Position numbers and translations under genes: made by a program. Below, piece by piece: positions 55,106-63,221 of a stretch of 64,000 nt of DNA (the first letter of the stretch is position 1; each line of letters opens with the position of its first letter). The notes under the pieces were generated by a model. It searched no databases, was not told the origin of the DNA, and saw only the letters and a program-made list of their open reading frames with translations. Source of the stretch: a virus; the IMG/VR virus record IMGVR_UViG_3300011230_000030, positions 4,126 through 68,125 of that record; one strand, given 5' to 3'.

Positions 55106-55641
55106 TCGACCAGGAGCAACTGCGCAGCTACCACCGGTCGCAGGTGCTGTATGCCCTGCAAGAGGCCAGCGAACCGATGACGGCCTCCGAAGTGCACGAG
55201 GCCATGACGACCCTGGCGCTGGCCATGGGCCATCCCAGGGAATGCGCAGCGATCACCCCAGCCGCTGTGGCCGGGATACTGCGTGGCATGCTCGGCGAGC
55301 AACTGGTCACCCAAGGCGACGACAGGACAAATCGCCGTTATGGGCGTGCCGAGCCGACCTGGTCGATCGCTGCTGGCCAGGCGCGGGTCCTGCAGCCGTC
55401 GGCCCCGGGCAAGAGCACGGCCGCATTGGCTGCCGCGTCACCGATGGCGGGGCAGGGCACCCAGCTCCGCCAGATCACCATTGATCAGCGCCTGGCATTC
55501 CTGCAGGCCGAGTGCGCCGCGCTGCTGGCGGACGTGACAAAGGAACATGCGGCGTTCGAGCTCCGGGTTCGAAACCAGCTGGAGGCGTTCGAAGCGCGCG
55601 CTGCACGATTGCTCGGTCTACCGCAGGACGGTGGCCAATGA
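55102..55641 (+). CDS. Hypothetical protein (possible winged helix)
   Basis: ATGA coupling; VL.AL.....PMTA.EV. Confidence 0.6.
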   Translation: MIDQEQLRSYHRSQVLYALQEASEPMTASEVHEAMTTLALAMGHPRECAAITPAAVAGILRGMLGEQLVTQGDDRTNRRYGRAEPTWSIAAGQARVLQPSAPGKSTAALAAASPMAGQGTQLRQITIDQRLAFLQAECAALLADVTKEHAAFELRVRNQLEAFEARAARLLGLPQDGGQ

Positions 55642-56069
55642 GCAACCGTGGGCTCCGCTACAACCGGATTGAGGACATGCCGCAAGGTATGCAGCAGCTG
55701 GTGCACAAGGCTGGCCAGCTGGCGCCTACGCGTGGGCCAGCCGAGCACCAGGTGCATGCACCGGTGGAGAAGCGGCCGAAGTACGGCAATGTGATCACCA
55801 CGGTGGACGGGATCCGCTTCGACTCCAAGCGCGAGGCCCGCTACTACGAGCAGCTGAAACTGCGCCAGCAGGCCGGCGAGGTGCACTTCTGGCTGCGCCA
55901 GGTACCGATCCACCTGCCCGGCGGCACCAGGTACGTCCTGGACTTCCTGGTGTTCCTGCGCGACGGACATGTCGACTTCGTGGACGTGAAGGGCCGGGAG
56001 ACGAAGGAATTCCGCATCAAGAAGCGTGAAGTGGAGCACCACTACCCGATCAAGGTGTTGCTGGCATGA
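55638..56069 (+). CDS. DUF1064-like endonuclease/resolvase
   Basis: KYGN..T.VDGIRFDSK.EA..Y, Y..DF, DVKG..T..F.IK. Confidence 0.85.
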   Translation: MSNRGLRYNRIEDMPQGMQQLVHKAGQLAPTRGPAEHQVHAPVEKRPKYGNVITTVDGIRFDSKREARYYEQLKLRQQAGEVHFWLRQVPIHLPGGTRYVLDFLVFLRDGHVDFVDVKGRETKEFRIKKREVEHHYPIKVLLA

Positions 56070-56404
56070 GTGGCTGGAGATCCAGTGGCCGCGTAGGCGG
56101 TGCCGGCGTCGACCTCAGCGCGGTGGCCACCACCGACCTGCTGCGGGAGATCGAACGGCGCTGCTCGGCGGGCGGCCCCCCCCCGGTCGACCGCCCTGCG
56201 AAGGACCGGCCATTCGCGACCAAGGCGCTCTGGGCCGAGGACAAGGTCAACCAGGCACGTGCCCGGCTTGCCGAGCTCCGCGCGCTGCCGGTACCGACCT
56301 GCGAGGCCGAGCGCGCCGCCCGCTCCGCCCAGGACTCGCAACTGGTCGCCGACGTCGTCAAGTACGACGGCATGGCCAAGGCATTCAAGAGGAAGGGCCA
56401 ATGA
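56066..56404 (+). CDS. Hypothetical phage protein
   Basis: ATGA coupling on both sides. Confidence 0.55.
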   Translation: MSGWRSSGRVGGAGVDLSAVATTDLLREIERRCSAGGPPPVDRPAKDRPFATKALWAEDKVNQARARLAELRALPVPTCEAERAARSAQDSQLVADVVKYDGMAKAFKRKGQ

Positions 56405-57228
56405 AACCTGCGGAGCTCAAGGCGAGGTACCCGACCGAAGCTGCCCTCTGCACGTGCCTGATCGACTGCCTGACCGCAGCTGGGGGCTGGGAAATCTACC
56501 CCGAGACGGCCGGCTTCGACATCCTCGCTGTGTGGAAGGCGACCGGGCACCAGCTCGGCATCGAGGCGAAGCTGCAGCTCAACGCCAAGGTGGCCGACCA
56601 GATCCTGCCGGCGCACTGGAGCAACGCCGACCAGCGGGGCCCGGACTTCAGGGCTGTGCTGGTTCCCTGTACGACGGCAGCAAACTACGGCATTGCACGC
56701 ATGCTCGATGCGCTGGGTGTGCAGGTCCTGGTGCCGGACAGCTGCATCGGCCGGTGGAAGATGGAGCCCGGGCAGCAGATCCAGCGCGAGGTGCATCGGC
56801 ATGGCCTGCACCAGGCCGCCCCATGGGACCGCGCATCCGGCGATCTCCGCGAGTGGGGGCCCACGGCATGGTTCGACTGGAACCCCACCAAGCGCTGTGA
56901 GCTGCCTGAATTTGTGCCGAAAGTGGCCGCAGGTGTACCGGCGCCGCTGCAGTTGACGCCCTGGAAGGTCGGCGCGCTGAAGGTGCTGGCAGATCTCGAG
57001 CTCGACGGCTTCACAACGGCGAAGGGCGTCCGGGCCCATGGCGTGGATCCGCGCCGCTTCTGTGCGACCGACGGATGGCTGAAGCAACTGGGCGGCGGGA
57101 AATGGGCCCGCGGAACCCTCCCTGCTTTCGAGGACCAGCACCCCGAGGCCTATGCCCAGGTGCTGGCCCAGGCGCGCGCCGCGCGCGCTGCAGCGGATTC
57201 CAAGAAGACCCTGGAAAAGACGCCATGA
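56401..57228 (+). CDS. PD-(D/E)xK-like phage protein
   Basis: E..L, YPET.G.DIL.V, GIEAK motif. Confidence 0.65.
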   Translation: MKPAELKARYPTEAALCTCLIDCLTAAGGWEIYPETAGFDILAVWKATGHQLGIEAKLQLNAKVADQILPAHWSNADQRGPDFRAVLVPCTTAANYGIARMLDALGVQVLVPDSCIGRWKMEPGQQIQREVHRHGLHQAAPWDRASGDLREWGPTAWFDWNPTKRCELPEFVPKVAAGVPAPLQLTPWKVGALKVLADLELDGFTTAKGVRAHGVDPRRFCATDGWLKQLGGGKWARGTLPAFEDQHPEAYAQVLAQARAARAAADSKKTLEKTP

Positions 57229-58142
57229 ACGAAGCTGCAGTCGGTACCACCGCGCTCGCTGCCGCGCGCGAGCTCGAAGTGGCGTTCCTCAAGGGGAAGA
57301 AGATCCCGTCCTGCGCCAACTGCAACGGCAAGGCGAGGGTGTGCTGGCCTGGTCGCGAGTCGCAGCTCGTGCAGCTCCAATGCCGGCACTGTGGGCCGCG
57401 CGGAGCCATCTTCGACAGCAGCGCACCAGTCCAGTGCGGCCGCTGTGGTGCCGCCCCGACCGGCCTGTTCCCGCGCGGCGCACAGATTCAGTGCTGCAGC
57501 TGCGGTGCATCCTCAGCCGTGTTCGTTGGCCAGGATCCTGCCGGTGCTCTGGCGGCGGCGCTGGATGCCTGGTGCCGCCGTGCACCGGTTCTTCCGCCGG
57601 CGGCGGACGACAGCGCAGGGCAGCGGCGCCGCGGCGCAGCCCCGGATGGATTCGATGACGAGGGCAAGGGCGATGTCCTGGAGCTGCTGTCGCGCCTGCT
57701 GGTTGGCGGGAGCTACCGCATGCCAGTGGAGGGGCGCAGCACCTTGGCGCCGCTTGGCAGCAGCGACATCGCCGGCGCGGTCGGCTACATGCGGAACCAG
57801 CTGGAGAAGCACACCGCCCTGGCTGTAGCGACGCGGATGGGCCCCGCTGCGATCGCAAGGCTCTCCCTCGCTGCCTACCGCCAGGTAGCCAAGGACGTGC
57901 GCGCAATGCGGCCGCGGCCGCTGGACCTCGGCAAGCCGGCGGATCGGTGGCGCCTTCGCCTGGTGATCTACGACGCAGCCCACGAACTGGTGTGGCCGGA
58001 GCGGCGGCAGCCGTTCGCCGGCCTGGCCAAGTCCGCCAAGATGCGCAAGGGCAACTACATCAAGGCCCACAAGTGCGCTAGCGCTGTCCTGCAGGAAGCG
58101 CTGCACGGCGGAAGGCGTGGGTTCCGGCACGCGATGTGGTGA
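57225..58142 (+). CDS. Zinc-ribbon (Lar-like) N-terminus fused to putative late regulator (Q-like) C-terminus
   Basis: Four CxxC pairs then A..AW.RR; C-terminal DIAGA.G helical domain; last early-right gene. Confidence 0.55.
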   Translation: MNEAAVGTTALAAARELEVAFLKGKKIPSCANCNGKARVCWPGRESQLVQLQCRHCGPRGAIFDSSAPVQCGRCGAAPTGLFPRGAQIQCCSCGASSAVFVGQDPAGALAAALDAWCRRAPVLPPAADDSAGQRRRGAAPDGFDDEGKGDVLELLSRLLVGGSYRMPVEGRSTLAPLGSSDIAGAVGYMRNQLEKHTALAVATRMGPAAIARLSLAAYRQVAKDVRAMRPRPLDLGKPADRWRLRLVIYDAAHELVWPERRQPFAGLAKSAKMRKGNYIKAHKCASAVLQEALHGGRRGFRHAMW

Positions 58143-58156
58143 ACAAGACCGGTTGA

Positions 58157-58624
58157 TCAGTGTTTGAGGGACAGATGAGGTGCGACGATCTCGGGAAGTA
58201 CCAATGCCGCTCGAGATGCCGGGCCCATGGCATCTATGTGTTCTTCGGCGAGCTTCGACTCGTCGGATCCCGCGGTTCGGCTCCAAGCCGCATCCTTCGC
58301 TTCGGCCAGTATTTGAAAGGGGTTGCCCACCTCCTTCCTTAGCCTTTCTGCCGTCTTCTCTCCAAACAGCCATCGCGCCTCGGCCAGCAGGCGACGCATC
58401 TGGACAACAGCATCGCTATTGCCCTCCACGATTCGCTGCAAGGACTGACCAAGGTCGACGTACAGCTTGTAGCGCCTATCGAACAGATCCGCCTTCAGCT
58501 TATTTCTTGCCGTCAGCCATTGACGCAGCGCGATGATTCCCACCGCAGCAGCGACGAGTATCTGCCCGATCGCAGTGAAGAGTTTGATCTGAAGGTCGGT
58601 CATACCCAGTACGGTCTCAACCAT
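58157..58624 (-). CDS. Antisense moron: N-terminal transmembrane protein
   Basis: GATAAT and GGAGG upstream; ILVAAAVGIIALRQW..AR.KLK.DLFDRRY..Y. Confidence 0.75.
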   Translation of the reverse strand: MVETVLGMTDLQIKLFTAIGQILVAAAVGIIALRQWLTARNKLKADLFDRRYKLYVDLGQSLQRIVEGNSDAVVQMRRLLAEARWLFGEKTAERLRKEVGNPFQILAEAKDAAWSRTAGSDESKLAEEHIDAMGPASRAALVLPEIVAPHLSLKH

Positions 58625-58724
58625 TGCGACATCCTCCCTGTATTGGCCGCGATTATCACATTTGTTAAGGTTTGTTAGGGGCTGATGGTCAGTCCCATGG
58701 CCGTGCCTACAGTGGGGTAGACCG

Positions 58725-59033
58725 TTGAGCGAGAAGGACAGGTGGTACGACTTTGGTGAGGCCCTGGCCATCACGGCCGGCCTGATGACGGCTTCCGGTG
58801 CCATGTTCGCGGCACCGTCTCGATTGTTCCCGATTCCGGGGATCCAGCACGTGGTGGCAGTTGCCGTTGCATTTCTCGCACTGCGGATCTGTATCGGCGC
58901 AGGCTGGCGCCTTGGCGGCACGTTCAACCATCCACGCACGACAGCAGCCGTCGCGATCGGTACGTCGGTGATCTACACGACGATGATCGGCAGCCTCGTC
59001 GTGGCGCTGCTGGAGCGTGGCCACGGTGCGTAA
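58725..59033 (+). CDS. Small three-TM membrane protein
   Basis: GGGG RBS with TTG start; three hydrophobic segments. Confidence 0.55.
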   Translation: MSEKDRWYDFGEALAITAGLMTASGAMFAAPSRLFPIPGIQHVVAVAVAFLALRICIGAGWRLGGTFNHPRTTAAVAIGTSVIYTTMIGSLVVALLERGHGA

Positions 59034-59060
59034 AACGTTCACCTAGCTGACCTCACTTGT

Positions 59061-59130
59061 TTCCTCATGAGGAAGAAATCTTCCTCATGAGGAACCGCAG
59101 TTGCCTCGGGAACCGAAAGTAGGTTTGAAT
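59061..59130 (+). promoter_or_regulatory. Late promoter preceded by two identical palindromes
   Basis: TTCCTCATGAGGAA at 59061-59074 and 59081-59094; TTGCCT-18 bp-TTGAAT. Confidence 0.6.
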
Positions 59131-59166
59131 CCCTACAGTGGGCGTTCTTATGGGCGCCTCAATTCA

Positions 59167-59225
59167 AAGGCCGTTGATTGACCAGGACGTGGGAGTCCGC
59201 TGGTCGATCAGCGGCCTTCTTGTTT
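59167..59225 (+). terminator. Long-stem late terminator immediately before the tRNA
   Basis: 19-bp stem AAGGCCGTTGATTGACCAG / CTGGTCGATCAGCGGCCTT followed by CTTGTTT. Confidence 0.65.
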
Positions 59226-59301
59226 GCGGGGTAGAGCAGTCCGGCAGCTCGCGTGGCTCATAACCACGAGGTCGGTGGTTCGAATCCACCTCCCGCTACC
59301 A
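59225..59301 (+). tRNA. tRNA-Met(CAU), initiator-like
   Basis: TGCGGGG-TA-GAGC..GCTC-G-CGTGG-CTCATAA-CCACG-AGGTC-GGTGG-TTCGAAT-CCACC-TCCCGCT-A-CCA; U1xU72 mismatch, A11-U24. Confidence 0.93.
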
Positions 59302-59304
59302 AAC

Positions 59305-59411
59305 GGCCGGTAGTCATGGCCACCACTCAAGCCAGCACATAGGCCGTCGTGAGACGCGCCGCTGGTGTCCGCGCGACCTTGCAACCGCGGTAGTGGTGGG
59401 CCATGCCGGCC
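59305..59411 (+). ncRNA. Candidate structured RNA element (three-way junction)
   Basis: Outer stems GGCCGG/CCGGCC, CATGGCC/GGCCATG, ACCACT/AGTGGT enclosing two hairpins, one with a GUGA tetraloop. Confidence 0.5.
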
Positions 59412-59433
59412 TCCTTTCATTGGGGGAACCGCG

Positions 59434-59688
59434 GTGAGCATCAAAGAGCAGATCACAACGGACCTGGCGGTCGCAGGTTCGAAGATCGGAGCGGCCGTCA
59501 GCGTCACCGCTGCAACCTACTCGCCGGGCTACACCCTCAGTGACTGGGCCCTGATCGGCACGATTATCTTCACCGTCGTCCAGACGCTCACCGTGCTGAT
59601 GAAAAACTGGGGTGACTGGTCGGCCTGGTGGACAGCGCGCGTAGGCAACGCCAGGCGCTTCTGGGCGTGGATCCGCCGCCGTGGCTGA
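59434..59688 (+). CDS. Putative holin
   Basis: GTG start; TLSDWALIGTIIFTV TM; basic C-terminus; precedes lysozyme. Confidence 0.7.
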   Translation: MSIKEQITTDLAVAGSKIGAAVSVTAATYSPGYTLSDWALIGTIIFTVVQTLTVLMKNWGDWSAWWTARVGNARRFWAWIRRRG

Positions 59689-60223
59689 CAGCCAGCTCAC
59701 CACCAAGCAGCGCATCGGCTTCGCCGCCGCGCCGCTGGCGCTGATCGGCGCGCTCGTCGCTGCCCTGGGCACGAACGACTCGGCGCACGAAGGGCGCCGC
59801 TACACGCCGTACTACGACTCGGCCGGCATCCTGACTGTCTGCGCCGGCATCACGGGCCCGGCGGTGGTGAAGGGCAAGCGCTACACCGACGATGAGTGCA
59901 CCAGGCTGGAGACGGCCTACGTGCGCACCATGCTCGGCCACATGGGGCAGTGCGTTCGCGGCGAGTTCGAGTTCCATGAGATCAAGGCCTGGGGCCACTT
60001 CGCGTACAACATCGGCACCCCGGCCTTCTGCGCCAGCACCGCGGCGAAGCGGCTCAACGCCGGCGAGCGCCAGGCTGCATGCACCGAGATGTGGAAGTGG
60101 CGGTACGTCACGATCGGCGGCGCCAAGCGTGACTGCGCGCTGCCGCAGTGGAGCTCGAAGTGCGGCGGCATCATCGATCGCCGGCAGTGGGAAATGGCCA
60201 CCTGCCAAGGCCGCCTGCAGTGA
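59681..60223 (+). CDS. SAR endolysin, GH24 lysozyme
   Basis: N-terminal Ala/Gly-rich SAR; HEG.....Y.D..G..TVC.G.T catalytic triad; F.YNIG; G...RR..E...C. Confidence 0.92.
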   Translation: MADSQLTTKQRIGFAAAPLALIGALVAALGTNDSAHEGRRYTPYYDSAGILTVCAGITGPAVVKGKRYTDDECTRLETAYVRTMLGHMGQCVRGEFEFHEIKAWGHFAYNIGTPAFCASTAAKRLNAGERQAACTEMWKWRYVTIGGAKRDCALPQWSSKCGGIIDRRQWEMATCQGRLQ

Positions 60224-60594
60224 TCACCAGGTCGGCGATCAGTGCCTGGTGGGCATCCTGGAAGTGGGTGGCCATCCTGGCCGGTCTGCTGGCCATGTCG
60301 CTCTGGCTCAACGTCAGGCAGTACGGCGATCGCCGTGAGGCAGCAGCTGCAGCCCGGGCCGCCGCCCTCGAAGACACGCTGAAGGTGACGGCGGGGATCG
60401 CGCGCCAGGCTCAGACCGACAGCGCCGAGCTGCTGCAGCGGCTCGAGGCGATCGCTGCACGCGGCGAGCGAACCAGAACCATCTACCGAGCAGCAGCTGC
60501 AGCGCAGCCGCTGCCAGCCAACTGCGCCCCGGGTCAGGCCCGGGTCAACGCCATCAACCAGGCCCTCGGGCCGACCAGCAGGACCGCGAAGTGA
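60220..60594 (+). CDS. Rz-like i-spanin
   Basis: GTGA overlap; N-terminal TM, helical, one C-terminal Cys. Confidence 0.65.
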   Translation: MITRSAISAWWASWKWVAILAGLLAMSLWLNVRQYGDRREAAAAARAAALEDTLKVTAGIARQAQTDSAELLQRLEAIAARGERTRTIYRAAAAAQPLPANCAPGQARVNAINQALGPTSRTAK

Positions 60595-60920
60595 CCCAGA
60601 AGCCCTCGATCGGACGGATCGTCCACTACACCCTGAGCGACACCGACGCGCTGCGCATCAATGCGCGCCGGACCGACGGTCCGTCCATCCAGGAGCGGCT
60701 GCTCGACAGCACCTGGCCGGTGGGTGCCCAGGCGCACGTCGGCAACAGGGTCGCGGCCGGCGACGTGCTGCCCGCCCTGGTTGTGGCGGTCCAATCGAAT
60801 GGCCAGGTCAACGCCCAGGTGTTCCTGGACGGCAATGACGTGCTGTGGGTCACCAGCCGTGACGAGGCCAGCGAAGAATCTGGCAGCCATCCCGGCCGCT
60901 GGCACTGGCCACAGCGCTGA
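60591..60920 (+). CDS. Hypothetical phage protein
   Basis: PSIGRIVHY...PA.V..V...VN..VFLDG...W.TS...W.WP. Confidence 0.7.
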   Translation: MTQKPSIGRIVHYTLSDTDALRINARRTDGPSIQERLLDSTWPVGAQAHVGNRVAAGDVLPALVVAVQSNGQVNAQVFLDGNDVLWVTSRDEASEESGSHPGRWHWPQR

Positions 60921-60924
60921 CGCC

Positions 60925-61221
60925 ATGAGGCTGCGCCAGACCCTCCCGGTCGCGGCACTGATGCTGCTGGCCGGCTGCACGCAGCACCTGCAGCGTGTGC
61001 CGGCCCAATGCGACGCGATGTGCTTCCGCTCGTGCGTCGACGCCGGCGAAGACACCGGCGTGCGCGTGACGGCCGATCCTGCCGCCGCGGACGCCTGGGA
61101 CAACATCGGCGGGGAGGTGGTCGGCCAGCTGGCCGACAAGCTCCGCACCTGCGACGTGCGACGGAAGGCCTGCGAACAGTGCCTGCGCCGGCTCGACGCC
61201 AAGAACGTAATCCAGCTTTGA
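60925..61221 (+). CDS. Lipoprotein, probable o-spanin
   Basis: MRLR...LMLLAGC lipobox; several further Cys. Confidence 0.7.
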   Translation: MRLRQTLPVAALMLLAGCTQHLQRVPAQCDAMCFRSCVDAGEDTGVRVTADPAAADAWDNIGGEVVGQLADKLRTCDVRRKACEQCLRRLDAKNVIQL

Positions 61222-61250
61222 GCGCCATCCCGGCGCCATAGGAGAGCAGC

Positions 61251-61535
61251 ATGTTGAACCAGCAAGCCGGCGTGAACCAACTGGCGGAGCCGCAAACCCC
61301 GATCGAATCTGCCGTAAAGGACCTAGCGCGGGCCCAGCAGGATCTGCACATCGCTGTCGAGCAGCTGGCGCTTCGCCTAGCGCCGGCGCTGGCAGAGGCG
61401 AAGCCTGAGTCGTCGGCATCCACCGGACGTGCCGTCGGTGCGTCCCCGTTGCTCGAAGACCTGTTCAAGAGGCGAGACGCAGCTGCGCAGACCCTCGACG
61501 TCGTCAACGCACTGCACGCCCAGCTGACCCTGTGA
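61251..61535 (+). CDS. Hypothetical phage protein
   Basis: AGGAG RBS; helical 94 aa. Confidence 0.6.
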   Translation: MLNQQAGVNQLAEPQTPIESAVKDLARAQQDLHIAVEQLALRLAPALAEAKPESSASTGRAVGASPLLEDLFKRRDAAAQTLDVVNALHAQLTL

Positions 61536-61936
61536 GCCGGACGCCTGCCAGCTTCAGCCTCACGGTCGTGCGTGGCGCGACCTGGGAGGACGACTTCACC
61601 TACACCAACCCGGATGGGAGCCCGTTCGATCTGACCGGCTACCAGGCGCGGATGCAGGTGCGGACGCTGGCGGGCCAGTTCGGGCTGACCGAGGCCGACA
61701 CCCTGGTCATGGAGCTCAGTACCGCGGACGGGTCGCTGGTCATCGCCGATCCGTTGGATGGGATGGTCTCGATCACCGTGCCAGCGGTGGCCACCGAGGT
61801 GCTGAATCCGGCGAACGCACGCAAGGTGAAGCACTGCTACAGCCTGGAACTGTTCAAGCCGGCAGGCGCGGATCCGGAGTACGTGATCCCGCTGGTGGCC
61901 GGCAAGGTCACTGTCCAGGGCGAGACGACACGCTGA
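61532..61936 (+). CDS. Virion structural adaptor (BppU-N-like Ig fold)
   Basis: GAT....F.....DG.P.DLTGY.ARMQVR...G...I...A..T...Y.LE...G.V.V. Confidence 0.65.
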   Translation: MSRTPASFSLTVVRGATWEDDFTYTNPDGSPFDLTGYQARMQVRTLAGQFGLTEADTLVMELSTADGSLVIADPLDGMVSITVPAVATEVLNPANARKVKHCYSLELFKPAGADPEYVIPLVAGKVTVQGETTR

Positions 61937-62484
61937 TGCCTGTGATTCGAGCCAGCGAGGGTGCAGCCCGCGTGATCGTGGTCGAACGCCGCGGTGCCGT
62001 TGCCATCCGCGATCCCCGCACGCCGATCGTCGCGACGGCCCGGCCGACACAGGTCGAGGCAATCCAGGCAGACACGCGGACGGTCGAGGTTGCAGCGCGC
62101 GGCGCGCAGGGCCCGGCCGGACCGGCCGGCCGAGACGGCACCTCGCCCGAAGCGACGTACCCGGTCGGTGAGCCGATCCATGGTCACCGCGTCGTTCGCC
62201 TGGACAGCGGCAAGGCCTATCACCCGGACACGGCGGTGCTGGAACACGCGCAGGCCTGCGTTGGCATCGCCCTGCAGTCGGCCAACACCGGCGAGGTCGC
62301 CGTGCGCCTGGCCGGCACGATCGAGGAAGCCAGCTGGACCTGGCGCGACGGCGCAGTGTGGTGCGGCGCCGACGGCGCGCTGACCCAAGCTCCAGGCACA
62401 GCCGGCTGGCTGCTGTGCGTTGGTCGTGCACTCAACGCCACCACTCTGATGATCGACTTCGACTCACCCATCGCGCGGATCTGA
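61936..62484 (+). CDS. Structural protein with short collagen-like segment and DUF2190-like domain
   Basis: GAQGPAGPAGRDG; GIA......G..V.V...G.I....W....GAV.....G.LTQ.P. Confidence 0.6.
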   Translation: MPVIRASEGAARVIVVERRGAVAIRDPRTPIVATARPTQVEAIQADTRTVEVAARGAQGPAGPAGRDGTSPEATYPVGEPIHGHRVVRLDSGKAYHPDTAVLEHAQACVGIALQSANTGEVAVRLAGTIEEASWTWRDGAVWCGADGALTQAPGTAGWLLCVGRALNATTLMIDFDSPIARI

Positions 62485-62488
62485 ACCC

Positions 62489-63016
62489 ATGGCCGACAAG
62501 ACCCTGCAGCTCAAGAACAACATCACCACCGAGGTCGAAGGCGTAACCGCGTCAGCTGGCGCCGCCGACGCCGGCAAGATCGCGGCCCTCGGCCCGGATG
62601 GCCGCTTCGACGACTCGCTGCTACCCGCTGGCATTGGCGCGGACACCAAGATCTACCCGGCCAGCGAGGTGCTGGCCGCCGGCGACTACGTGAACATCTG
62701 GGACGACGCCGGCACGGCCAAGGTGCGCAAGGCTGATGCCAGCGCCGCCAATGCCGGCAAGCGCGCCCATGGATTCGTGCGCGCCGGCGTGGGCACCATC
62801 GGCAGCGACGCCACCGTGTACTTCGAAGGGCCGAACAGCTCGCTTTCGGGGTTGACCCCAGGCGCGACGTACGTCCTGAGCCACACCACCCCTGGCGGTG
62901 TCGTGCCGCTGGCGTCGGGTACCACTACGGCCGGCCACATCCTGCAGGTCCTGGGCGTGGCTACCGACGTGGGCGAGATCAACGCCGAGATCGGCAATCC
63001 GGTGGTCCGGGCCTGA
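62489..63016 (+). CDS. DUF2190-like decoration/fibre protein
   Basis: ASE.L.AGD.VN, RKADA, A.GFV, VYFEG....SGLTPG..Y.LS. Confidence 0.65.
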   Translation: MADKTLQLKNNITTEVEGVTASAGAADAGKIAALGPDGRFDDSLLPAGIGADTKIYPASEVLAAGDYVNIWDDAGTAKVRKADASAANAGKRAHGFVRAGVGTIGSDATVYFEGPNSSLSGLTPGATYVLSHTTPGGVVPLASGTTTAGHILQVLGVATDVGEINAEIGNPVVRA

Positions 63017-63017
63017 C

Positions 63018-63221
63018 ATGGCAGCGCGCCGTCCGCTTGTCCTCGATGAGAGCAACCGCACCAGGGAGCTGCCTGGCGGTGACATCTTGGTCGGTGTTCC
63101 GATGCAAGTCGCGGTCGGGCTCCGGGCTGGCGGGGTGTTCAACATCGCGCTGACCTCGACGTACGCGATGACGATCGGCCTGCGGGCGGGCGGCGTTTTC
63201 AACGTTCAGGCGACCACCTGA
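63018..63221 (+). CDS. Small structural protein with internal duplication
   Basis: GLRAGGVFN occurs twice; N-terminus similar to the next gene. Confidence 0.6.
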   Translation: MAARRPLVLDESNRTRELPGGDILVGVPMQVAVGLRAGGVFNIALTSTYAMTIGLRAGGVFNVQATT

